DNA from: a virus
DNA: 64,000 bases
IMG/VR virus record: IMGVR_UViG_3300045902_000324
Span: 33,463-97,462 of that record
Strand: one strand, 5' to 3'
This document shows positions 9,889-18,218 of this stretch, in pieces (position 1 is the stretch's first letter; the number at the start of each line of letters is the position of its first letter). The notes beneath the pieces were generated by a model. That model saw nothing but the letters and a program-made list of their open reading frames with translations. It ran no database searches and was not told where the DNA came from. A program made the translations under genes and the position numbers.

Positions 9889-12587
9889 CAAACGAAAACT
9901 AGATTCTGGGATCTGGACATATCCAAACCACCTGTGATTGCTGCAATCACAGGCTGGCTGTTTACCCACAGCGAGGTGCGATTGTTAACATCAAGCACGG
10001 CGGCGCGACAGTAGTATGTTCCCCTGGTCAGATTCTCGAAACGACACTCATTGGTGCCTGCGGGCACTAGTCGAGTGTCCTGCCATACAATCCCATCGCG
10101 GGAATATTCAACATACACGCCGCGCAGGACGGACGCACTGGCTCCAACAACCCATCGGATGATCAACGTGTACTGCGGAGAAACAGACGGGTCAATCGCC
10201 TGTACAGCGATCGCCTGCCCCAAAACAGATTGAAGTGGTTCTACAACAGGTGGAATCGTAAACCGAGTTGGGGTCGGATCAATGGCTATATCATTCTCAA
10301 TGGCAAGCCATTTGTTCGCATCGTACTGGATGCAGTTGATGTCGATTTTTGTCGGGTCTTGCTGCGGGCGGACTGAGAGCACTCTAAACAGTTGAGCTTT
10401 CACCGAAGGCGACTGAATTACCCAATTCGATTCAGCCTGTGGGAGCTGCGAGAACGGCGGCCACACCTGTACCACATTTGACGTGACATTAACGCCGATC
10501 GTCCGGGTTTCGAGCAATCCGTTTGGCAACATGACAGAAAGCGTCATGCTCGTATTTACGGTGACTGTCGCGTCTAATCGAATCGTGTTAGAGTTAATAA
10601 CTTGTCCGATCAACCCGCCATAGCGAACGTTGGCAAAGTTTGAGTCTGCGACTTGAATCACTTCACCGGGTCGGCAGTATGCAGCGTAGCTTCGAGCGGT
10701 GAAACTTAGCGATCGCGTTTCATTCTTCGAGCTGTACAGAATCCATCTACTATTTCTAATCGCTAGAGATCTTGAGGTGCACCCAAAAAAAGCAACCTCA
10801 ACATCGCGGACACCATAGCGGTTGATCGCCTCAATATCCTCGACTACTTCCACAGCCCGTTGGTAATAGTCATTCGGGTCATTCCAGACACCTCTAACAA
10901 TCGTATGCCGAGTGCGGACAGCCGTTGAGGAATAAACGAAATCCCCTACCACATCAGCCTGTGTGAACTGATGATGACTCACCGGAGTTGGACGATCTTG
11001 CCAGAACTTTACGGTACCCTCCGCCCAGTATGCCCGCATGTGGCACGCCGAGCAAAAGGCGTTGATTACATCCCACGCTTTTTCAGCGGAGGCGATTTGA
11101 GTGTTGCAGGAATATCGGCGCTCAGATCCGCCGAATCCCGTAGGTACATACCCATTGTTATAAACAGACGCATCATACAGATCCCACTTGTCGATTAAAG
11201 AGTCATCCAAGTATCGACCCAGCCCATAGCGCCGATTTGTCAAAATGTCGAACAGTTGCCAAACCGGGTCACTGGTGGCTGTTGCAGGTGTATAGAAATT
11301 GCCGTCCCACACGCCTGAGAAGTTCAGCCCGCGATCGCCTGCGACAATAGCATTCGTGGGAATCCGAACACGCCGTCCACCAACTCGATACTGACGAGAC
11401 GGGATCGAGCTGAACTGGTCTGGGCTAAACTGAAGCCCGATATACGCTGTATACGGATAATTCAACTTATTGGTCGTGACCTCGGTATAGCTAATCCACC
11501 GAACCACCTGAATTGTGCGAGACGAGTTGGAATCACTTGAAATACGCCTCAGTCGGATCTGAAAATTGCCGACCGTACCAGACTGGTTGTTTACCTTGAA
11601 AGCGTGCTCAAACTCAGTCAGTCCACTAAACTTAGCTTTCAGATTTTTTCTGTAGCGAACTGTCCAGGGCGCGATGCCCTGCTTTATTTCGATCTGGTAC
11701 TCTACGTTCGTCCCCTTTACATCTCCATCCTCCTCATACTTCACGAGTTGGATGCCCAGGCGAACACGTATGACATCACACTCCGTGTTCACAAATGCGC
11801 GAGTCGCTGGGCCGGACGCATTCTTGATTTCAATATTTACAAAAGTCTCATTGCTGATCTCAACTCCTTCGTCTGAGATAATCTGCTGCGTTGCGTTCCC
11901 GCGCCGGAACTTATACCGGAAGCCCACAAAGTTGAGTGAGTTATTTGGGTTCTGGACAGGCGTCTCAGATAGATAAATCCCTTTACGAGCACCAATCAGC
12001 CCTTCAATCGGGCCCTCTGAAACAGCCTCCAAGACGTACGCTCTTGAGGTCGATCGCCCGTCGTCATCGGCCTCCTTTGGGCTGGACGCATTTTTTCCGC
12101 CGCCTCCGTTGTGAACACGCAGCCCATGTTCGCCAACCAGGAAGCTGTGGTAGTTCTCAACTCGCAGATTCCATACGGGTGCCACGCCACGCAGTCTAGA
12201 TCGCTCCAGAGGTCTAACCAGGTTTTCTCTATCAAATAGCGCAGCGTCTCGGCCAAGCTTGCCTATCTCCTGAAACGCCCCGCCATCGGTCAGAAACCAG
12301 TGGATCGGAGTTGCTGCTATGGTGCCGCCCCAGTAATCGTACTCCCACACCTCGTGGTTTCCGTGGAACTCTAGCGTTGCTTTGGCTACATGCAAATCGC
12401 CTTTTGAGTCAAACGCTGATACCCATGTACCCTCCGCCACATCCTGGATTTCTACAGTGCCATCTAGCGTGTGGATTAGCGTGCCGGACGGGAAACACCC
12501 CCCGCCTGATCCAAAAACAAGCCCGTCCACATGGCTTGACGGGATGGATGCAACAGCCTTAGTGCGGCGACGCCTAACCTTCGTCAT
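9888..12587 (-). CDS. tipJ: Central tail tip protein J with N-terminal Hint domain
   Basis: AVSEGPIEGL, YPYTAY, WDGNF, DPVWQLFDILTNRRYGLG, GCTSRSLA, RPGEVIQVAD motifs; Hint CFPSGT...VHN at 12497-12108. Start placed at MTKV (uncertain). Confidence 0.9.
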   Translation of the reverse strand: MTKVRRRRTKAVASIPSSHVDGLVFGSGGGCFPSGTLIHTLDGTVEIQDVAEGTWVSAFDSKGDLHVAKATLEFHGNHEVWEYDYWGGTIAATPIHWFLTDGGAFQEIGKLGRDAALFDRENLVRPLERSRLRGVAPVWNLRVENYHSFLVGEHGLRVHNGGGGKNASSPKEADDDGRSTSRAYVLEAVSEGPIEGLIGARKGIYLSETPVQNPNNSLNFVGFRYKFRRGNATQQIISDEGVEISNETFVNIEIKNASGPATRAFVNTECDVIRVRLGIQLVKYEEDGDVKGTNVEYQIEIKQGIAPWTVRYRKNLKAKFSGLTEFEHAFKVNNQSGTVGNFQIRLRRISSDSNSSRTIQVVRWISYTEVTTNKLNYPYTAYIGLQFSPDQFSSIPSRQYRVGGRRVRIPTNAIVAGDRGLNFSGVWDGNFYTPATATSDPVWQLFDILTNRRYGLGRYLDDSLIDKWDLYDASVYNNGYVPTGFGGSERRYSCNTQIASAEKAWDVINAFCSACHMRAYWAEGTVKFWQDRPTPVSHHQFTQADVVGDFVYSSTAVRTRHTIVRGVWNDPNDYYQRAVEVVEDIEAINRYGVRDVEVAFFGCTSRSLAIRNSRWILYSSKNETRSLSFTARSYAAYCRPGEVIQVADSNFANVRYGGLIGQVINSNTIRLDATVTVNTSMTLSVMLPNGLLETRTIGVNVTSNVVQVWPPFSQLPQAESNWVIQSPSVKAQLFRVLSVRPQQDPTKIDINCIQYDANKWLAIENDIAIDPTPTRFTIPPVVEPLQSVLGQAIAVQAIDPSVSPQYTLIIRWVVGASASVLRGVYVEYSRDGIVWQDTRLVPAGTNECRFENLTRGTYYCRAAVLDVNNRTSLWVNSQPVIAAITGGLDMSRSQNLVFV

Positions 12588-13167
12588 CGGAATCATCCTC
12601 AATCATGTACGACCGGATCGAGGCACTGAGCACCTGACTACCAACGAGCAGTTCTCCATACACGACTGGCAGACGACCCCCTTGAGTCGTCGTATTGACC
12701 CCGCCATTAAAAATTAACGATGGTTTGTTTTTTGCATCATTCGGGTCAGGTGCTTTGGGCTGGTTAAACAGTTCCATGATGCCGGACAGTGCCAGACTAC
12801 CCCCGATCAGTGCGACGGATGCCGCCGACAACCCCAGGAAGCCCACGCCAGTCGCACCCAAAACAACCAGACCGATTCCAAGCAAAATTTTGCCGAATGC
12901 CCCACCTCCACCCAATGGCGTTGGCGCTATCGTAATTGTCTGTTTTCCAGTCGGCATCGAGACGTGCTGTTGCTCAATAGCCCAATCCCCGACAGTAATC
13001 TGGAAACCTACCCCACGCTCATGCGCGACGACCATGTAGTTGCGAAATGTCGGGAACGCTGACTCAAGGGCCCTGATCGCTTCTTTCACCGATCCAACGT
13101 TTAATCGGATCTCAGAAATGAACCGATCTGCCAACTCATCTTTCAACACAACAGTCACCATCGGCAT
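12574..13167 (-). CDS. Tail assembly protein I (ubiquitin-like domain, Gly motif, hydrophobic segment)
   Basis: SVKEAIRAL, PLGGGGAFGKILLG, QGGRLPVVYGELLVGSQV; lambda L-K-I-J order. Confidence 0.9.
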   Translation of the reverse strand: MPMVTVVLKDELADRFISEIRLNVGSVKEAIRALESAFPTFRNYMVVAHERGVGFQITVGDWAIEQQHVSMPTGKQTITIAPTPLGGGGAFGKILLGIGLVVLGATGVGFLGLSAASVALIGGSLALSGIMELFNQPKAPDPNDAKNKPSLIFNGGVNTTTQGGRLPVVYGELLVGSQVLSASIRSYMIEDDSDDEG

Positions 13168-13994
13168 TACAAAAACGCCTCATGTCGAAAGGTAAACCGT
13201 GCAACCTCCTGCCAGTGCCCGCCGTACACTCTGGTTTCTGACAGGCGATCGCCGTTCAGCAAGTGCAGCAGCACCGGACGATCACCGACTTCCACAATCA
13301 CGCCGCAGTGGTGCGGAATCTCTGACTCGATAGCCATGATCGGTACGTCATACAGCCGCAACGGTTCAGTCGGATCGATTTCCACAAATCCGATCTGCGG
13401 CATATACTCTGTGAACGTGGCCCAGGCACCGCCACGTAGCTGGATAGCTGGCTCCGGTGCCCTATCAAAATCAGGCAGTTCAATATTTAAGAATCCACGG
13501 TAGAAATTCCGCAACAGCGTGTAGCAGTCCGCCCTCGCCCACACCCAGCGCCAGCCCAGGTAGAACTCTAAATCTGTTGGCTGCCCAATTCGGGGTTGCA
13601 GAGGAAACGGATTTAGCCCAGCAGGATCGTAAAAATCCCAAACCCTGTCCAACCTGTGGAACATGGCAATCGGATTCATCAACGCTCGTCCAGTGTTGAT
13701 GTCCATGTAAGACAATTCAGCAGGCTGCGTTTCAAGCACATGGCTGTGGTAAACCGATTGAACAGACATGCCGTTGTCAGACAATGCATCGTACGCCTTT
13801 CGGTCAAACGCAAAATAGTTGGCTGTGTCGCCAGCAACGTTTTGGAGCGGCGCGACCGTAAGCATTCCAGACGGGTCAACGCAGACAGCACCACAGATTT
13901 CCTCATCTGGGTTTTCGTCAGCGAGTGCTTCAATCTGCAATCGGATTTCGGATGAGTAGGGCAACATCTGTGATGGGCGAAACACCCTAGACAT
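13167..13994 (-). CDS. Tail assembly protein K (JAB/MPN + NlpC/P60)
   Basis: EEICG, YHSH..ELSYMD JAB motif; ADCYTL..HCGV NlpC motif. Confidence 0.9.
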   Translation of the reverse strand: MSRVFRPSQMLPYSSEIRLQIEALADENPDEEICGAVCVDPSGMLTVAPLQNVAGDTANYFAFDRKAYDALSDNGMSVQSVYHSHVLETQPAELSYMDINTGRALMNPIAMFHRLDRVWDFYDPAGLNPFPLQPRIGQPTDLEFYLGWRWVWARADCYTLLRNFYRGFLNIELPDFDRAPEPAIQLRGGAWATFTEYMPQIGFVEIDPTEPLRLYDVPIMAIESEIPHHCGVIVEVGDRPVLLHLLNGDRLSETRVYGGHWQEVARFTFRHEAFL

Positions 13995-14007
13995 TACCCA
14001 GCGGGCG

Positions 14008-14673
14008 CTAAAAACGTCTCAGTCCTGGGAAGCCGCCGAAAGGCAAAACTGAGTTTTTACCGAATCGTCTGGTGCAGGCTGTCACAGACTTTGAACAGTC
14101 ATCCAGCGACGGGTCTAAGGTTCGCTTATTGTCCAAAGTGAAATACGTGGTGCCGACATAACTGCACTCAGCGGAGCGATACACCCACGGGCACTTTGTA
14201 CCGCATGGTCGTCCCGGCACGGACTCGTCTACAAAGTCAATTGGTGCAGACAGCTCAAACTCCAGCATCTTTCCAGGGATCTCCTGAATACGCTGGCTGA
14301 TTACATACAGTCCGTCCAGCCTCAATGCTGCGGGATCTGCGGTTGTCTCTGAGTCGAGATATCGTTTCAGCGTCCGATAGACAGCTAGTCTGGCACCCTC
14401 AAGCCCGTCATAGTAATAGACCAGGTTGGAAATACCTTTCGTCGTGTCATCCACACGCAGCTTTGGTCTGGCTAACGACCCTTCAGATGACATCTCTTCA
14501 CCGGACAGTTCGCAATTTACTGGCGTGTATTGGACGCCGCCCATAACCACACCAACGCCAGCCGTAAAGTACGCCGTTTCTGCCAAGTTACGACGGTTGA
14601 AGTTTGTCATGCGAAACAGCGTCAGTACGGCATCATGTTCAAGCTGCTGAAGCGATGGGAAAAAAACTGTCAT
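14008..14673 (-). CDS. Minor tail protein L
   Basis: CPWVYRSAECSY..DDCSKSVTACTRRFG..LPFGGFPG Fe-S-type C-terminus. Confidence 0.92.
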   Translation of the reverse strand: MTVFFPSLQQLEHDAVLTLFRMTNFNRRNLAETAYFTAGVGVVMGGVQYTPVNCELSGEEMSSEGSLARPKLRVDDTTKGISNLVYYYDGLEGARLAVYRTLKRYLDSETTADPAALRLDGLYVISQRIQEIPGKMLEFELSAPIDFVDESVPGRPCGTKCPWVYRSAECSYVGTTYFTLDNKRTLDPSLDDCSKSVTACTRRFGKNSVLPFGGFPGLRRF

Positions 14674-14987
14674 GGTGCGGGGGACCTTTCAAATTCTGCG
14701 GAGAACCCCCACAGCCCGACGGTTCCGTACCACTGCCAGCGCCATTGCGTGCAGGTATATTGAGCGTTCTGAAAAACAAACCGTCTTCCGTCACGCTCGA
14801 TTAGGAACGCCTGCACTTCCGTATATCGCGTCGTGTTGATTTGCACGAACCAGGTACGATCCGTCCGGTTCACGTCATACAAAACCGGGCGCTGCTGGAT
14901 TCCCTGAACTCGCGCCGATGGCGATCGCACTTTGGTGCGATAGCTGGACTCTCGTGCTATCGATATTGGGAATGTCGGGGGTGGCAT
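14670..14987 (-). CDS. Second minor tail protein M-like gene
   Basis: ~105 aa with EVQAFL..GRRFVF..YTCTQW..FSAEFE pattern, directly upstream of gpL. Confidence 0.7.
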   Translation of the reverse strand: MPPPTFPISIARESSYRTKVRSPSARVQGIQQRPVLYDVNRTDRTWFVQINTTRYTEVQAFLIERDGRRFVFQNAQYTCTQWRWQWYGTVGLWGFSAEFERSPAP

Positions 14988-14993
14988 TGCGTC

Positions 14994-15018
14994 GGGTATG
15001 GTCTTTTGAACCATACCC
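14994..15018. promoter_or_regulatory. Perfect 9-bp inverted repeat GGGTATGGT-N7-ACCATACCC between divergent tail and lysis genes
   Basis: Seen directly; sits in the 39-bp gap between ATG 14987 (-) and ATG 15027 (+). Confidence 0.5.
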
Positions 15019-15026
15019 ACACACAC

Positions 15027-15758
15027 ATGGAACCCTTCAACCTTCAGTCGGCAAAGCCATTAGCGTTTCTCTCACCGGAACAAATCACATGGGTTCAGCA
15101 CCAACTAAAGCGAGGTGCATACCTGGAAAAAGTGGACGGCATCGTGGGGCCTGCCACACTGAACGCTCTAAAGTCGTTCAAATCTGATTTCTACCTTGAG
15201 CATCCAGAGTTGATCGGCAACACAACTCTCAAGGCTCTGTCTGAACTCGACCCACCGGATAAAGTCACTGAGCAAGCAACCGAGATTATTCTGACGGTGA
15301 ACGCAGCCGCCGGATCTAGAACAGGTCGATCCGCCACACTGCCGGGAGCTGGGCTGGTCTACGCAAACCAGTGGATCAGACCCGGCATCCCACTTACGTG
15401 GGGCGAAATGACTAAAGATATGACACGTCTCCCAACCGACAAAACAGTAGTCGCCAACATTGTCAACTTTGCCGCCGCATTTGGACAGATTCGAGCCAAG
15501 TTTGGTTCTCCTATTGCAATCACGTCTGGGTATCGCCCAAAGGCAGTAAACGATGCGATCGGCGGAGCATCCAAATCTCAGCACGTACCTGGCAAGGCTG
15601 CGGACATCCGCCCAGCTAACGGCGAATTCGACAAGCTCTTAGCAGTTCTCAAATCAATTGATGCGGTCGGAGGCATTGGGCTAGGCGAGAAAGCTGGCGG
15701 GTTTCTCCACGCAGATACCAGGGAGAAGCGAGTCATTTTTCCATACGGTAGCCGCTGA
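15027..15758 (+). CDS. Endolysin: peptidoglycan-binding domain + peptidase M15A
   Basis: VDGIVGPATLNALKSF PG-binding motif; ITSGYR..SQHVPGKAADI..HADTR. Confidence 0.88.
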   Translation: MEPFNLQSAKPLAFLSPEQITWVQHQLKRGAYLEKVDGIVGPATLNALKSFKSDFYLEHPELIGNTTLKALSELDPPDKVTEQATEIILTVNAAAGSRTGRSATLPGAGLVYANQWIRPGIPLTWGEMTKDMTRLPTDKTVVANIVNFAAAFGQIRAKFGSPIAITSGYRPKAVNDAIGGASKSQHVPGKAADIRPANGEFDKLLAVLKSIDAVGGIGLGEKAGGFLHADTREKRVIFPYGSR

Positions 15759-15973
15759 TGCACAAGACAATCACCGTCGAATGGATTTTTCACGGACTGG
15801 CGATCGCCATGCTGCTGCGCGGGTTCTTCTCTGGAGCCGACATGATGCAGGAGGCTACCACAGCAGGGGTCATCATCGCGCTAGGTCGAGGATTGCCAAC
15901 CGAAAAGGTTGACCATGTACTCGACAAGTACGACCGTCCAATCTTTCCTAGCGACCCACCGGATGACGCCTGA
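15758..15973 (+). CDS. Putative holin / small membrane protein
   Basis: 71 aa with hydrophobic segments, overlaps the endolysin stop (TGATG). Confidence 0.5.
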   Translation: MHKTITVEWIFHGLAIAMLLRGFFSGADMMQEATTAGVIIALGRGLPTEKVDHVLDKYDRPIFPSDPPDDA

Positions 15974-15975
15974 AT

Positions 15976-16701
15976 CCAATTGGGAGAAATCCATTTTTAA
16001 TTGGGAGAAATGCCAATAGCCAGGCATGACAGACCACACTGTCAGCACGAATGACACACCCAATGACAGCCTAAAACCCTTGCCCACCAAGGGTTGTTTT
16101 TTATCTGTCGAGAGTATCTGTCATGACCTGTCATGGTGCTGTCAGAGCGTGTCAGACAGGCTGGAAGTATTGATATATATAGCGTTTGGCGACCTGTCAT
16201 GACTGTCTCGCAGTTTCACAATAAAGAAACGTGTAAAAAACGGCTGAAACAGGAGGAAAAGGGTTCAAATGTACTATCGCTGAGAGGGTCTGAGGTGCTG
16301 GCGGAAGCATCGGGAAACATAGAGGTGTCCACAGTCAAAAGAAAAGTGGAATGGAAAAGCCTTTCATATATTTCTCTAATTCTCTAGACCCATTTTTGAG
16401 TAGTACATTTGTATTTTTTATCCCTCTTTTAGCCCTCTCAGACACTATTTTTTTATTGCAAATGGGCGAGACAGTCATGACATGTGTCTCAACCCCTTGT
16501 GTGGTAACGGTTGTAGCCTGTCTGACTAGCTCGGACACACCCATGACAGGTCATGACAGATACTTTTTTGGAATAAAAAAGAACCCTTGTATATCAAGGG
16601 TTCTAGCTGTCTCGCTCGTATGATGCGTGGTCTGACGGGTCTGCCTGTCACGCCTCTGTCAGGGCATTTCTCCCAATTAAAATCATATTTCTCCCAATTG
16701 G
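15976..16701. repeat. ~725-bp degenerate inverted repeat with iterated TGACA/TGTCA boxes; candidate replication origin
   Basis: Both arms start CCAATTGGGAGAAAT..TTAATTGGGAGAAATGCC and share the colinear blocks AACCCTTG-N5-CAAGGGTT, AGTATCTGTCATGACCTGTCATGG, GTCAGACAGGCT, TGTCATGACTGTCTCGC and AAATGTACTA. Confidence 0.9.
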
Positions 16702-16703
16702 TT

Positions 16704-17402
16704 TTACTTGTTCCACAGATCTGCCTTTTCCTGTCTGAAGCTGTAAAACGTGTTTGCGCCAACTACGATGTGATCGAGCACTGGCAGATGCATTACCTTT
16801 GCTGCATCTAACATACGTTTTGTCAGTTCCACATCCTGTGGAGACGGGTCAGGGTTGCCAGAAGGGTGATTGTGCGCGATAACGCAGGACGCGCCGTTAG
16901 CCGATATAACAGCCTTAAACACTTGCTGGGGCGTGACAATGCACTCATCAACCGATCCTTGGCTGACTGTTTTTATCGAGATCACGTCGTATTTTGTAGT
17001 CAATACGATAACCACGAGTTTTTCTGTGGTTGCGTGCGCCAGATCGTATTTGAGTAGCGCGTAAATCGATTCTGGGTTGTTGATCCTGATTTTTCCGGGG
17101 CTTGCAAGAAAAACCCGTTTTCCAAATTCTGTAGCAGCAAGTAGCCTAGTGGCCTGAGCGCCCGTTAAGCCCGCTGTGGTCAGCTCGTAGTGGGATGAGT
17201 TGCGGAAGCGTGCCCACGCCTGTTCCTGGTCGAATAACCCAACGTTCAAGCAGATATTTTCGACGACAGAGGTTGCCGTTTCCACAGTGCAGCCAACAAC
17301 GGCTGAAATTAGCTCTGCGATCGCCGTAGCCTGCGGTTCATGTTGGACACGCAAGGTCGTCCACTGGGACTGCGATGAATCTGCGACTCTCCAAAATGAC
17401 AT
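16704..17402 (-). CDS. radC: RadC-family JAB domain protein
   Basis: LAATEFGKR, AHNHPSGNPDPSPQD..LDHIVVG; AGGAG upstream of ATG 17402. Confidence 0.9.
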   Translation of the reverse strand: MSFWRVADSSQSQWTTLRVQHEPQATAIAELISAVVGCTVETATSVVENICLNVGLFDQEQAWARFRNSSHYELTTAGLTGAQATRLLAATEFGKRVFLASPGKIRINNPESIYALLKYDLAHATTEKLVVIVLTTKYDVISIKTVSQGSVDECIVTPQQVFKAVISANGASCVIAHNHPSGNPDPSPQDVELTKRMLDAAKVMHLPVLDHIVVGANTFYSFRQEKADLWNK

Positions 17403-17432
17403 GACTGAACTCCTGAGTGACGAAATGGCTAT

Positions 17433-17458
17433 CAAAAAGCCGCCCTTCGGAGGGCGGC
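17433..17458 (-). terminator. Rho-independent terminator
   Basis: Minus strand GCCGCCC-tccgaa-GGGCGGC followed by TTTTT. Confidence 0.6.
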
Positions 17459-17475
17459 GTGGTGAGCGGAGCGGA

Positions 17476-17697
17476 CTACGGCAGATAATCCTCGATAATC
17501 TCCAGCAACTCCTCATAAAGCCCTGGTTGCCGGATCAAATTGACCAACACGCAGAAGTGTCTAACGTCCAGTGGACCTCGTTCAAAAGCGTTTTGAATGC
17601 GTCCCTGCCACTGGTTGGGGTACTCAAACATGCAACGAGCCGCCGCCGTAAAGGTGTCAAGTGCAGACGGGTCGTTGACGAGAGATTGAATAGACAA
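17476..17697 (-). pseudogene. Probable C-terminal fragment of the RuvC gene, separated by IS insertion
   Basis: Its TTG start lies at the IS left-end junction; deleting the IS joins it in frame to RuvC. Confidence 0.55.
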
Positions 17698-17776
17698 CGA
17701 AGTCGCGTGTGTCCCTACCCTCAGCGAAGCGGGGTAGGGCTGTAAGCGAGGCTGTGTAGCGGAGCGGAGCAGCCAA

Positions 17777-18184
17777 TCAAGCTATAGGCGAGTCTTGAGC
17801 CTTAATGTATTCCTTAAGTTTCTCAATTGGCGCTCCACCTGTTGAAGCCACATAGTAAGAGCCTGACCAGAAAGACTGTTTTGTGTACCACTTTGAGAAC
17901 TCTTCAGAAAACTCTTTTTTGACCATGCGGCTAGTTGCCGCCTTGAGAGAACCTGCAACAGCGGCAATCGACTGTTTGGGATGAAAATCGACTAGCAGGT
18001 GAATATGATCCGCTTCTCCAGAACATTCCAACAATTCACAGTCCATCGTTCTACAGACTTGCCAGCACATTTCTCTAATCCGTTCCAGCATTGCAGCAGT
18101 AATTGCTTTGCGCCTGTAATGGGTAACGAATACGAAGTGTAACCGCACACTAAAAACACTGTGTGAACCCTTCCTAGCCTTCAT
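17777..18184 (-). CDS. tnpA: Y1 HUH transposase
   Basis: LHFVFVTHYRR, DHIHLL, FWSGSYYVASTG, YIKAQ. Confidence 0.95.
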   Translation of the reverse strand: MKARKGSHSVFSVRLHFVFVTHYRRKAITAAMLERIREMCWQVCRTMDCELLECSGEADHIHLLVDFHPKQSIAAVAGSLKAATSRMVKKEFSEEFSKWYTKQSFWSGSYYVASTGGAPIEKLKEYIKAQDSPIA

Positions 18185-18218
18185 TGCAAATACCCCACCT
18201 GCAAGATATAATGCTCTT

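Noticed and set aside
12108-12497. Canonical splicing intein
   Set aside because: The +1 residue is Gly and there is no homing endonuclease; reported as a Hint/BIL domain instead.
14841-15026. Longer N-termini given by the ORF track (endolysin, EAL, RadC, ParM, exonuclease, TnpB2, ParB, sigma)
   Set aside because: The extensions overlap neighbouring genes, promoters or terminators; downstream starts fit RBS and coupling better.
15976-16701. CRISPR array, MITE or protelomerase telomere site
   Set aside because: No repeat-spacer periodicity, no target-site duplication, the centre is not a perfect palindrome, and no protelomerase is in the window.
16133-16811. Short ORFs 16133-16387, 16335-16544, 16351-16623, 16526-16762, 16587-16811, two of which resemble each other
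   Set aside because: The similarity is a by-product of the DNA palindrome; no convincing RBS or protein motifs.
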